Positions 36,401-47,612 of a stretch of 64,000 nt of DNA are shown one piece after another (within the stretch, counting starts at the first letter, position 1; every line of letters begins with the position of its first letter). The notes under the pieces were generated by a model. The model did no database searches and was not told the DNA's origin. It saw only the letters and a list, made by a program, of their open reading frames with translations. Position numbers and translations under genes: made by a program. Source of the stretch: Girardia tigrina (taxonomy: Eukaryota). The DNA lies in the NCBI GenBank assembly GCA_001938485.1, contig MQRK01218788.1, forward strand, positions 1-64,000, read 5' to 3'.

Positions 36401-37347
36401 ATCGTTAACGATGAAGGTTTTTCGATGCATCGACCATTTTCAACGATGTGTCGCTCTCTAATTTTATTCAATGATTAAAACTTTATGTCAGAAATATAAT
36501 CAACACAACAAAACAGACATGCCACACAATTTTAGCCATAAATGTTAGACCTGGAGTTGTAACCTTTAATATCTACCGATTATGTTTGTCTCGATTGTGG
36601 ATTTTATTTCGAGTTATGAATTAAATAATGAATTGAAACCTTCAATTTATGTTGTGAAATTGGAAAAATAACATTTAGATACACAGATATTTGATCGAAT
36701 TAGTATTTCAGTCACTTTTGAAGAGTGCTACAGCAAATATTATGTTTGTGTTTAATAATAAGCGACAAAAAGTGAATGGACACATAATCACGATTAAATC
36801 AACCAATAACAATCACAAACCTGGAGATATTCAGTCCGACAATCGACGGCAAATTCTCGCAGATCTCTCTCAACTGGGAGCTGCGCAAATTCGTCTTGGA
36901 CAAATCGAGGAACTTAAGCGCGCGCATCTCCCGCATCAGTCCCAGAGGTGACGTGGACAACCGGATGTGTCTCAGTCGCAAGTAGCCCAGTCGCTGTCGT
37001 GTCTGCTCGTTGAAATGACCGAGAAAGTGCTCCAATTCGACATTTTCATCGAATCGCGTTGAAAATGAGGTCAAATTGAACGTGTTCAAGAAGCCGTAAT
37101 CGTCGATTTGATGCGCAGATTTATCTAGACAGATATTCGATATTGTTGATATCAATGGAGAGAAATGGCGCAACAAATTCGAGTGGTTCTTCGAGATCAA
37201 TAATCTCTCGAGCATTTTCTGTGACGGGCGCTCGGGCAAACTGATGTCGACGATGTAGGTTTTGGGGTCCGGTGAGTTGTCGAACAGTTTTGTGAGAAAA
37301 TCGAAACAGTTTTCGACGCATAAATCCTCTAATGATCTGATATGCAT
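15305..37347 (-). CDS. zyg-11: ZYG-11/ZER1-family Cullin-2 E3 ligase substrate adaptor (BC/VHL-box, LRRs, ARM-like repeats), 6 exons, about 762 aa
   Basis: Exons 36821-37347, 31126-32365, 28121-28188, 21623-21755, 21394-21547 and 15305-15471. All are GT-AG and phase-compatible, totalling 2289 nt with no stop. Motifs: SLEDLC (BC box), LKFALSSLWNLTDECTAAC, KCLGLL|NNIAE, MTYFAGGILS, YRSFSPF, LWSLWAI. Confidence 0.93.
15675..17103 (-). mobile_element. mariner (cecropia/Hsmar1-like), apparently full length, middle in an N gap
   Basis: TIRs TTAGGTTGGTCGAAAAATAATGGCGGTTTT with TA TSDs; N-terminus IRAIFLYEFKLGRKAADTARNIN; C-terminus KCIDANGSYFD* (stop 15750). Confidence 0.95.
17414..18347 (+). mobile_element. 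pogo-like (POGK/Tc2-type) transposon remnant
   Basis: GTATAAGACG subterminal motifs; Brinker-type DBD RRKYEASFKIKVV...AAARKFGV followed by CENP-B HTH (PELENYIAEWV). Confidence 0.8.
18897..19538 (+). mobile_element. mariner deletion derivative, same family as 15675-17103, opposite orientation
   Basis: Same TIRs with TA TSDs; KWVPHDL motif, then a jump to the terminal SYFD*. Confidence 0.92.
19541..19680 (+). repeat. Dispersed fragment homologous to 58790-59070
   Basis: TTTTTATATATAATATTAAAA..TTATGTATCA..ACGGTAAC.AAGGTACTTGTGATTG...TTCATGA is shared with 58796-59065. Confidence 0.7.
19792..21025 (+). mobile_element. ITm DD37E-family transposon, degenerate
   Basis: Imperfect TIRs with TA flanks; MDDETYV; DLTSCHY...NPPNCSELRPIE with 37 residues between D and E after correcting one frameshift. 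Confidence 0.85.
21394..21755 (-). CDS. zyg-11: zyg-11-like exons 4 and 5 (75-nt intron 21548-21622)
   Basis: KMLNQEDIQMTYFAGGILSNL and YSAVDSWVTPNFLMASYRSFSPF...LWSLWAI. Confidence 0.88.
23161..24330 (-). mobile_element. Probable 5'-truncated non-LTR retroelement 3' end with three C2H2 zinc fingers, structured 3' UTR and (TTAAA)4
   Basis: FQCPMENCHKTY...LKRHLFIDH, FWCPFTHCMK...LYNHGTRDH, plus a frameshifted third finger (PSCFKAF...LKRHIKNVH); hairpin-rich UTR; pentanucleotide repeat 23219-23238. Confidence 0.5.
24835..25964 (+). mobile_element. mariner, degenerate
   Basis: TIRs TTAG..GATGCATAA.TTTCCGACA; IRHCILFMF, GDEKW, LHDNARPHV, YSPDLALTDFH, LPQRWQK...GEYFED. Confidence 0.9.
28121..28188 (-). 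CDS. zyg-11: zyg-11-like exon 3
   Basis: NNIAEEEACRSALLTKEYLDFL; flanked by TTCTAG and GTAATT. Confidence 0.88.
28554..30114 (+). mobile_element. Non-autonomous hAT element hosting a mariner
   Basis: TIR TAGGGCCCAYGATTTA; perfect 8-bp TSD GTTATCAG; dimerisation-domain remnant (LAALAKVY...ERAFS) at about 29770-29930. Confidence 0.92.
28821..29695 (+). mobile_element. mariner, internally deleted
   Basis: TIRs TTAGGTTGTCYTAAAAGTTCCCGGTCAA with TA TSDs; IRVLLRHYWKKG...SGRP, TSDEKWV. Confidence 0.92.
31126..32365 (-). CDS. zyg-11: zyg-11-like exon 2 (LRR and ARM region)
   Basis: Acceptor AACAG, donor GTGAG; contains LWNLTDEC. Confidence 0.92.
32445..33308 (+). mobile_element. pogo/Tc2-like deletion derivative
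   Basis: Perfect TIRs CCGTGTTCTCCCTATTACAAGCCAT with TA TSDs; DDE remnant LMIWDSAST...VIPAGM. Confidence 0.88.
34050..34333 (-). repeat. 22-bp minisatellite (TTAATTTGTGATTATTTATGAA)n, about 12 units
   Basis: Seen directly; reverse complement of the array at 34980-36240. Confidence 0.95.
34370..34563 (-). rRNA. 18S: 18S rRNA 5' fragment (about 190 nt), degenerate orphon/pseudogene
   Basis: Minus strand reads ATCTGGCTGATCCTGCCAGTAGTCATATGC...AAAGATTAAGCCATGCATGTCT...GCGGATGGCTCATT...GGTAATTCTAGAGCTAATA. Confidence 0.93.
34916..36327. mobile_element. Foldback/MITE with about 80-bp TIRs and an internal 22-bp minisatellite
   Basis: CATAATTTAGAAGCATTTGT.AGAACCGTAAGCATTTATATATGTCACTTGACACTTTAAAAAA is inverted at 36264-36327; inserted in a TA run. 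Confidence 0.85.
34980..36240 (+). repeat. 22-bp minisatellite (ATAATCACAAATTAATTCATAA)n, partly in an N gap
   Basis: Seen on both sides of gap 35394-36126. Confidence 0.95.
36821..37347 (-). CDS. zyg-11: zyg-11-like exon 1 (BC box and LRRs)
   Basis: MHIRSLEDLCVENC...LKFLDLSKT...GLNIS; donor AG|GTTTGT. Confidence 0.9.
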
Positions 37348-40330
37348 TTGTAGATATATGAATATATAATATCGAGATTGAGAAAGAGAGAGAGATAGGT
37401 AGATATAAATAGAGGTTGTGGTAAAAAAACTTCAAGTAAAAAATGCCAGAATGAGATAAAAAGAAAATAATCAAAAAATATTGAAAATGTTTATGAGAAT
37501 TAAAAAGATTCGAATTAATCTACTGGAAAGAGAATTATGTACATGATTAAAACAAAATTAATTGTGGGGGTTTTTTGTAGAAATAAATTCTTTAATTTGA
37601 CATTTAATGGAAAATATATTTTATTATAACGCTTTGAAATTTTTTTTAATACAAATTTTGGTAGTTTAATGAAGAATGAATTTTTTCAATTATATTTTGT
37701 TATAAATGAAGAATGATTATAGCATTGATAAAAAATTAATTTTGTGACTAATAAAAATATTGGAATTGAAATAAAATGTTTTTCAAAAAAAATTAAAATA
37801 AAAAATTTTATTTATGTGTTTGTTTTTCATTAAAAAATTAATTCTTAATTCAACAAATTTTTTTGTCAATAATTATACTAACATTGTTGATGTAAACAGA
37901 TTTCCTTCATCTTTAGCATGTGTTTTATTGTTGTGTCACCGAATTTTGATTTACAGCAATAAAAATGGTTCATGTTTTCTTTTGAAATTTTTTATTATAT
38001 TGGGCTGTTTCATTAGTTCTAACTCTTTTTAAAAGATTTATTTTTAAATAAATCAAAGAATTCTAAAAACCTAAAAAATTACTCAGTCAATTATTAATTT
38101 TATGAAATCAAAAAATTTTAACAGCGAATATAATAAACATAAATCAATTATGTATTCTTGTTACTTTTTCAATAATTCTTATAATCCTTACACCAGTTTA
38201 TTGATTCCATTTTTCCAGAAATTCTTAGGTCGAGTCTCAAAACTGATGTTGGCGTATCTAGATGATTATTAAAATGATAATGAAAAATCAAAAAGATTCT
38301 TTTATAAAATATTTATTGACGATAAAATTATATACAATTTTTTAAAAACAACTTAATCTTTATTAAGTGCATTTATATATTGGGTAAGATGGAGAAATGA
38401 AATTCTCTTGCTCCTAGTAGATTTTAAAATATATAAAAATATATTAACCAAATATATATTAATATATTGGTGTTAATTCGTACTTTAATAATAGCTTTGC
38501 TCGGATTCAGTTCAGATGATCAAATTCAATTTTTGTCTTAAAAACTTTTAATCAATTCGATCGCTTTTAAATGATGCGGAACTTTCCAGGTAGATCATTT
38601 ATTCGATTAAAATAAATTCTTCGAATTCTCGATCTTGCGATGACCTTCGTTTTTTAATGTTAAACTTCTGGGGGGTTTGCGAATTATTACGCTTTGACCT
38701 CCGTTGAAATCTAACAAAGGAAAGTTGTAATTCGATAAAATTAGGTCTTTGGACGATTATAAAATTTTTTGATTTTAGATGCTTGATTTTATGTAAATAT
38801 TTATGAAACAGTAAATGACAATAAAATATAATAAATGACAGTAAATGACAACACAAGCTTCTCTTTTTAATAAATTTTTATTTATTATATACAATAATTA
38901 CAAATAAAGAATTATTACAATTGAAATATGTTTCCTTAATGTGTGATGCTTGATTTTAGTGGTGGTCACAGTACATCGACTGCAGACCACAAATAGATGA
39001 GTTTAATAATAATAAAGATTATTAATTTAAAATTTAAGTAATAATAGATAATAATTAATTATTGATTTTAGAATATTTAAAATTTAATAATAAAAACTTA
39101 TAATTAATTTTCAAGAACCTCACCCTGTACGAAAATTAATATCTTCCAATTAGTAATTTCTCGTTCCTTCGGACGGTAACTGATTTTCGTAATAACTCTT
39201 TCTTCTGAGCAATAATACAATTATTACAATTTTTCTCTTCTGGACAAAACAATTTCTTCTTCTGAGCAATATTACAATTTTCTCTTCTGAGCAAAAAGGC
39301 AATTCTTCTCCGTGATTGTACCTGAAGATTATTAAATTCTTTTGTGCTAAGTTTTGTGATTTTGGTTTAACTATTTATATTTTTTAGACTTGCGTAGCCT
39401 ACATTGATCTACGCAAGTTTATTGTTGATTTTGAGTAGGCCAGTTCAAGATTTTTTATTTTGAACTTAAAAAATGTTTAAAATTATTTATAATAAATATA
39501 ATATTTAATCAAACTTAACTTTAATATTTATTTAAATTATTATAATAAACATAATATTTTAATTAAACTTAACTATAATATTTATACTTTTAGAAATATA
39601 AATTTCAATAATATCATCGTATTATTTATTTAACATATTAAATAATACATTGTCTTTATTTACAATAAAAATGATAATAAAATAATTAAAATAAACAAAC
39701 ATAAATAAAATAAGTAAAACAAAAGCACATCCCCAACATTAAGGTCAATTAAATAATTCTTCAATTAATTACGGTCCTTTCTTCTTTTACAGATATTTTT
39801 TTGTCGTCCTTAAAAAGTATTCATTGGGTGCAGGTCTGCCGGTGAATCACCCAATCTTTCCTTTTCTTCATTTTCAATCTAGAGACACGATTTTTCGTCT
39901 CCAGTGGCGATTCTGTATATGAAACATTGCCTATTTGAAATAGGCTGTTTCCGAGGGTTTCTAGGTGTCGAGAAAGATTTTGAGCAGCAATGTAAAATCG
40001 GTAATTTTTGTTTTTGGTTGAGTTAATGTGAACCCAAGCTTCAAGCTTTTGAAGGAAATCCATCAACTAAAGTTTGAAATTATCTTAAAATTATAAGCAT
40101 CTTTTCTTCCAATTTTCTGCAAACCTTGCGGCCATCTTCCTTCCAATGATTCCCGACTTTATCCTCGTCTATCTAGACTGAACATCCGGAGCGATGAAGG
40201 TAGTTGAGGTCGAAATGATTTTATTTGAACCTAGAAAACTAATCTCGATCAATTTTCTCAGCTAAAGTGTTATTTCTTTACACAACGCAAATGTCTTTCG
40301 TACCTTCACTCAGTTTTTGATCTCTATTAA

Positions 40331-42132
40331 CCCTTTTGCTACCACAGAAATTACTACACACTATATACTAATATGTCGAAAACGACCTATTATAACTTAA
40401 ATGGAAAAAAATGCAATGAATTAATGGTCTAATAATTAATTTTTCAGAATATTTCATTGAATATATGTATATTACAATATCTGGCAATTGAAATTTATTA
40501 TTGATATGTAAATCAATAGATTATACTTGCAACCAGGGGCATTGGAGCCGTTTTAAGTATAAAATATTTTAAAAGTCAATATAATTTGCCCATTCGTTAT
40601 ATTAAATTTTAAAGCCAAACTAAAGATTTGAGAAAGAAATACACGAATATATACAACAAGAAATACTAGGTGATATATGAGAACAATGAACAATATATGA
40701 TTTCACTGTTTCTAAAATCAGATTGGAATTTAAGCAAAAACAGAAAAGAAAAGAAATGATTTCAAAAAGAAAGACAATAATTCCAATCTTTCCAAGTAGT
40801 AATGGTGATAATTGTGCATCCACAAAGTCAAAACTCCAGTAGTTTAAAAGGTATCCTTTTGAAATTCCAGTTCACTTGTTTGAAAGTGACAGTGAAAGTA
40901 ATGAAGACGCGGATGACGACAATTGCAGTGAAGAGGAAGACTTTTGATGAAGATGAAATTATAAACAATTTGAATATCACTGACGATGACATAGAGCATG
41001 AGTATGATGAATATCCAATTGTGAATGACACCCATGAACTAATGACATCCAAGAACAAGAAGATCACATGGAGTTCTTTGCCAACAAAAAGTTAAGGCGG
41101 AGCACGAGCAGCAAATGTCATTCGACAAAGACCTGGCCCAAGTTGCTATTTAGTGAATACAGTGATCATCTCATTAAAATGAATCTTCATGCAGTTTCTC
41201 ACCGAAGACATGATAAAATTAGTTGTAACTTTCACTAAATGGGAAGGAATAACTTGGTATGGAGACAACTGGAAAGTTGCAAACGCAGCTAAAATCTATA
41301 AATTTATTGGATTAGTACTGTTAGCCGGAGTTTATACATCCAAGAATGAAGCGATAAACCAGTTATGGAACACAGAAAATGGTCGTCCAATATTTTCAAG
41401 AATTATGCCTCGTAACAGATATTCCATATTGTCATCGTATTTTTTATTTGACGACCATTCTACACGCAACCAAAGAAAAGAAAATGTCAAGTTGACACAA
41501 TTCCGCTAAATTTTGAAAAAAAATCATTATACGATGCAAAGCGAACTTTATTCCCGGTGCAGATGTAACAGTTGATGAGCAATAGGTTACATTCCGTGGA
41601 CGTTACCCTTTTAAAATGCTTATCCCATCAGAGCCTGGTCGCTTTGAAATAAAGATTTTGATACTGGCAGATAAAATCACCAAATATTGTTATAATGCTG
41701 ATATTTACTTTGGTAAAGTTGGAAATGTTAGATAAGTGAACCAGGCAACTCTTGTTGTTCTAGAACTAACTGAAACCTTGTCTGGTTCAGAACGCAACGC
41801 AGTGGGTGACAACTTTTTCTATTCGCTGCAACTTGTCCGCTATTTGGAGCAAAGGAAACTGACCTACTTCGGTACAATCTGAATGAACAAGCCTGAGTTA
41901 CCTGAGTTACCTCCAGCCATCAAGCATGAGAAAGGTTGGAAGCACATTATTTGGATTTCATGAAAACACAAGTGTGGTTTCATACGTCCAAAAGAAGAAC
42001 AAAGCGGTTAACTTGATCAGTTCTGTGCATAACTCAGGTGAAATTTCCGAAGAGCAGGGAAACCCCAAATCATCATCGATTACAATCATCCTAAATGTGG
42101 TGTCGACACCTTGGACCAATTGTATAGATACT
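40331..42132 (+). mobile_element. piggyBac transposon, degenerate, 3'-truncated
   Basis: TTAA|CCCTTTT left end; FIGLVLLAG, MPRNRY, VTVDE, FRGR, GDNFF, YNHPKCGVDTLDQ motifs. Confidence 0.92.
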
Positions 42133-42137
42133 AAATG

Positions 42138-42790
42138 ATTTTTAGCGCAATTTCCATACTGACAATTGCGATTATTAATTGGTTATTTCTGTGTGGATGG
42201 ATGGATGGATGTGTGTCCGCAGCTTTAAGTCGTATCTCCTCCTCAACGAAGCAATATCGAGGGCTAGTTCCAAAAGCAAATATGTTAAGCAAGTTTTGAG
42301 GATGATTATGGGCCAAAAAAATTCCCGGAATTCCTTCCTGGATTTCCCGGAAAAGCCAAAAAACCTCGAAAAAATGCAGTTTTTGGCCTATATCTCGGAA
42401 ACCAGACCACTTAGCGACTTGAAACATTTACCAATCGATTCCTGCAATAATTTAGAACAATATTGCTGAAGAAAGTTTTCAAAAATATCCTTTCGTTCGG
42501 TCACAAAAAAATTATTCATAGTCAAATACTGATATAAACGTTTTAATAATTAATAGACAACTATTAATTTCATATGGATTAATTAATTAATTTTAATTAA
42601 TTTTATATAGAGACTTGAAACATTTACCAATCGATTCCTGCAATAATTTAGAACTATATTGCAGAAGAAAGTTTTCAAAAATATCCTTTCGTTCAGTCAA
42701 AAAAATTAATCATAGTCAAATACTGATATAAACGTTTTAATATTTGGGCACCGAATAACATAAGGAAATTGCGCTTAAATTGTCACTAGA
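42138..42790 (+). mobile_element. Helentron/DINE-1-like non-autonomous element (HINE)
   Basis: SubTIRs TTTAGCGCAATTTCC (42141) and GGAAATTGCGCTTAAA (42764); 5' palindrome CGCAATT..AATTGCG; (GGAT)4; internal direct duplication of about 130 bp; CTAG near the 3' end; T-rich flanks. Confidence 0.7.
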
Positions 42791-43254
42791 CTTTTTATTA
42801 ACTTGTTTAATTAAAATTGAGCAAAAACATTTAAATGAGTTTAAAATGATAAATATCTTTTGTTAAGTTAATTAAAATATGTAAAAATGAACGAATAAAT
42901 CGTTAAAATAATTTTAGGTAATAAAATGTTTTTAAATTGAAATATTGATAATAAATAAAATGTTAAAATCTTTTATTAATTAAAACGTTTTCACAAATAA
43001 AATAAAATAACATTAAACTGATTCTAAAGTAATAAAAAATCTTTTTGTTAATTTAGTTAAAATATGAATGTAGTGCTCAGAAAAATTAACATTAAATAAA
43101 TTGAAAAATTGAAAAAAACTTTCAATTTTTTGATTTTTGTTTAAGTAAACTAAAAGTGTGAAAATCGAGGGCACAATTTTTTATGGCTGATATTTGTGTT
43201 TTTTATGTTTTAAATTTCAAACATTGAATATTAATCGTCGTTCAGATGTTTTTA

Positions 43255-43608
43255 CCCGATGCTGATATTGACGGAAATCGCAATGTGCGGCACCAGCCCC
43301 AATCGGTCGTATCCCGTGCGTCATCGCCCAGCACAATTTAGTGACGCATGACGGATCCCCACAGTCTCGCGGGTCGCACACTCGGTCTGTATGTCGATGA
43401 ACGGAGCGGGATCAGCGTTCACAGAAGTGCAACCGCCGCGAGCCGATCGCGGGACCGCAATCCCATGGCATATCGACGATGATCACCGGATCCGATCGGC
43501 AACCAGACGTCGTCGAATCGAGGCGGCGATCTCTCCGGGAACCAAGTCTCGGCACGTCTAAGAAGTGCCGGCAGTCGCCACTTGGTCAGGCTGCCGGCTA
43601 AACAATGA
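43255..43608 (-). pseudogene. Orphan GC-rich exon-like segment, gene unidentified
   Basis: Acceptor TTTTAG at 43609; frame HCLAGSLTKWRLP...AVALL* to 43419; GC-rich sequence continues to a GTAAAA donor near 43255; no single open frame. Confidence 0.45.
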
Positions 43609-45541
43609 CTAAAATAAATTATGTTGATTTTGTATTTTATTTTAAATTAAATTTTTAAAATAGTGGAATGTTAATTTTCACAATGAAGAGAATAAAAAAA
43701 TAAAATTTCAATTTTAAAATAGCTTATCAGTATTTAGAATTCAATATTTTTATACATAAAGAATCTGGTCAAAAAAAGAGAAAACGAAAAGAAAAGTCCC
43801 TCGACGAAAAACTGTTTAAATAATTGTTATTTGTGTTAAAAATAAAATTTGGTGTTAATGAATTATAATCTTGATCAAGAACCCAACTATAATAATAATA
43901 ATGACACTATAATTATAATTGTATTTAAATGAATTATTTTTATTTATTTATTTTTTGTATCTATCTCAAATAACCGCCCCGCGTTCCTGAGCAACTTGCT
44001 CAAACAAAGGGAAGGTTAAAATGGGATTTACCATTATTATGATTTTGTTATATATAAATTTATTTCAGGGAATTCAAGGTAAAGATAGTATTTTATTTTT
44101 TAATGTTTAATTTAATATATTTATCTTTTATTTTATTATTTTTTTTATCTATAGGACCCCAAACAAATTGTATTATTAAAACAAAAAAGTATACTTATAA
44201 TTTCGTGTTATTGTTAAAATAAAAATTCAAAATTAATCCACAAAAACGTAAATGTAATAAATTGTTATTCAGCACTTATCTTACAATGAAAAAATTTGTT
44301 TTTCTAAATTATTTTCGGTAATTACCAATAAATATTTCGATTTACCGGTAATTTTACAGCCACTATTTTTTGTTATTAACCGGTAAACCGTAATGAAATC
44401 CTTAATCACCGCCGTCCGGATGAGAATACAACAGTTTGTTTAAAGCCTTATTCATCTTTTTTGAAATAAATAGTTATAATTTGTTTTATAGTTTTAAATA
44501 ACAATATAACTTCATTTTTTTAAAAAAAAATATGTTTATATTTTTTACCCATAATTATTTTTAAAAATTGTGTTATTCAATAAATACAAACTGTTGAAAG
44601 TTAGTTCTGCTTTTTTCTTTTAATGGACTGAACATCTGAAGAGAGTCCTATTTAGGACGGAACATGTAGTGAATCTATTAATTGATTAATGTTGTCATAA
44701 TATGCAATCCAAATGCTGCAAGAAGGCTGCGACATCGAACTGTTTGATCTGATGCAAAGCAGCAATCAAGAAAATTATGAGACTATGAGAGTGACTCTTC
44801 TAGGGGCATACGACCCAGATGCCCAGAAAAAATACGTTTTTTGTGCCATTTTATTTCCAAATTTTTCTAAAAAGGGTTGGATGTATTATAAATTTATTTA
44901 AAAATTTTTAAATCCCTTTAAAATGCTTGTCCATTTTGGTAAAAAAAATTTTAGTTTTATGTACCATATAAGCTTCAATTTTGCTTTAGACAACTTTTTT
45001 ATTTACGAAATAAATATATTATTACAAATTATACCATTAAATTGCACGTAAGCACTGTGAGAAGTTTAAATTTCTTCCGAATTGTTTGTTTCTAGTTACA
45101 TCTTTAATTGCTCCTTTTTGGTAATTTCTTATTATTAGATCGAAATGGATTTGTTTGCAGGATGGTATTAAAATTTTTGAACTTTACTGCATAACATTGG
45201 ATTTACATAAGACAATGAAAGTGACCCTTCTGGAGGTATACGACCCAGATGCCAAAGTTGTATATAGCTAATTTCTTTGGACTGCAAAAAAAATAGTAGC
45301 GGGTTATTTTAGTTTGCTGGTTATTTCAGAAATTTCTGGTTATCTATAAGAGTATTATAAACTGTAAGTTTACTTACCAAAAATTATTCTCTTATTTTAT
45401 GATTCTATATTTTATAAAAAATGACATATTGTCATCTAATATTGTGAAGCTAGTAACAAATATGAAATTAGACAATCATCTTTGAACTGCAGTAGCGTGA
45501 TTTATGCAATCATTAATTTTACTTCGTAATATATCATATTA

Positions 45542-46777
45542 TAGGGTGTTCCAAAAGTAGTGAAAGAATGTTTGTATTAATCTATCTCCAGAAAGGCACT
45601 TTATTTCACGGAAATTCATATTTATGTTTTAACACTGACTATTCTCATTTATTAACAAATGAATGAAATCTGGACACGACGCCCTCTTGAGGAGAGAATT
45701 AAAATGGTATTCCTCTACGCACAATTCCAGCATTAAGAAGAGGTACGAAGATAGTGGCATTTTCATATTGCTACCTCACCTCCTAAGTCTACCTGTTTGA
45801 GCAATTTCAGAAGACTGGAAGCGTTGAAGATCTCCCCAGATCAGGGCACCCAGCTGCATCTACAACGCCTGAACGGCTCAAACAAGTTCAAAAGTTGGTC
45901 GCTGCAGATCCTGCAATGTATGTGTCTCGTTAGGCAGCCGCTCTTGACCTGCCACGAACGATTTACTACCTCCTGCTTGTGAAACTTGATCTTAAGCCTT
46001 ACCGTCCGTAACACATGCCAATGCTCAGCGATTGCGACTTTGATAGGCCAGAAGAGTTTTCCAAAACGATTGTGAAGAGATTCGACGCCGACACTCACTT
46101 AGTTGACCACATAATGTGGACAAACGAATCTTTGTTTCACCTATCTAGAGCAGTGTCATAACACAACAATGTTCGATGGGTCCAGAAAATCCACACACTC
46201 AAGAGCAGATTCTAAACTCTCACCAGGGAATTATGATGTGGTGTGGAGTAACTTCGGCGGGTGTCTTGTGATCTTACTTCTTTGATGGTCCAGACAATGC
46301 TGATGCTTATCTACACCTGCTGAAAACAACTGTGTGGCCTTATGAGAGATACAAGAGGCTTACCTTGCATCATGATATGGCTCCTGTCCATTACGCAGCT
46401 AGCTCTACCAAAAGTTTCCTCAGTGGTGGATCGGTAGAGGTGGTCCAATGGAGTGCCCCTCTTAATTGCCTGACTTAACTGTGTATAATTACTACCTCTG
46501 GGACTACCTGAAGAAGCATGTGTACCGCACAAGGCCTGCTACCATTGCTGAGCTCAGACATAAGATTGAGTGCAGTATTAAAGAAATACAACAGGACATG
46601 TTCAAAAGAGCATGCCATCCAGCGTATGAGCGGTTTGAACTGTGCACCGCCTTGCAAGGAAAACAACTGCAAATGTGATACCATTCAGAACACTCTCTGT
46701 AGTAACTTTGCATTTTCTTTTATTTTGTCAGATACGCATACAAAATAATTTCCTCCCATTACTTTTGGAACAACCTA
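45542..46777 (+). mobile_element. Tc1/mariner-superfamily element of rosa/DD41D type, degenerate
   Basis: TIRs TAGG(G/T)TGTTCCAAAAGTA with TA flanks; IMWTNESLF, HDMAPVH, PDLTVYNYYLWDYLKKHVY. Confidence 0.85.
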
Positions 46778-47234
46778 TATTTCTCTCGGAGTATTTTCAA
46801 GATTTACAAATATCATAATTTTAAAAGGAAACATTATTGACTCCAAATTAAAACAGTGGAAAGTTTTTTATTACCAAATATCGACAATATTTATTTATAA
46901 TATTTATTAAAGGTTCTCATTTTACAGAACTTTCATTACCAAACACAATATACGAAAGATATTGTTTCCGTGTTCGACTTCAAATATTTACTTTCGGTAA
47001 ATAATGTTATTTGAAAATGTTTCAAAACCAATTTTAATCTATTTCAAAATCCATTTTTCCCACAGAATATCAATATTTTTTCATAATAATAAGACAAAAA
47101 ATTTTATTATCATTTTGCAATTTTAATTTTAGGCGTATCATATGAAAAGACACAAATGTGATATGTGTATTTTTAAGATTTAAATTATTTTTTGACAATT
47201 AAAACTTTCATTTAATATATCTTGCGTTGTCCTT

Positions 47235-47600
47235 TTAAATAGTTTTGTATTTAATCTTTGAATATTGAATTAACTCGGCGTACAAAAGCGTAAGTAACAC
47301 TGTTTCAGAAAGAAGCCAATTGTTAAGAGCACCGACACAGTTACTATGTACACATTTATTACTATTACATTTAGAGTCATCACAACTCTCAAAGGTTCTT
47401 TCACCATTTGTCATCATTTTAATTTCTGAATTTTTATTAATGATTATTCGAACATATTTCTTTATAAAAATTGAACGCCATTTTTCATAATTTTTTTTGG
47501 TGTCGTAATTAATTTCGGCGGATAAACCGCCATCTTCAAAGTAAATTAACATTAGCCTTTTGCAGCATATATGAGAATGGTGATTATGTAATCAATTATG
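47235..47600 (-). CDS. Possible Cys-rich (Ly6-like) exon with hydrophobic C-terminus
   Basis: Open frame of more than 105 codons in AT-rich DNA: ICCKRLMLIYF...SCDDSKCNSNKC...LLTLLYAELI; no clear 5' part. Confidence 0.3.
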
Positions 47601-47612
47601 TAATAAGGGCTC

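Noticed and set aside
44785-45255. Direct repeat of about 45 bp (ATGARAGTGACYCTTCTRGRGGYATACGACCCAGATGCC)
   Set aside because: Real, but likely two scraps of a decayed gag-like repeat; no boundaries or function can be supported.
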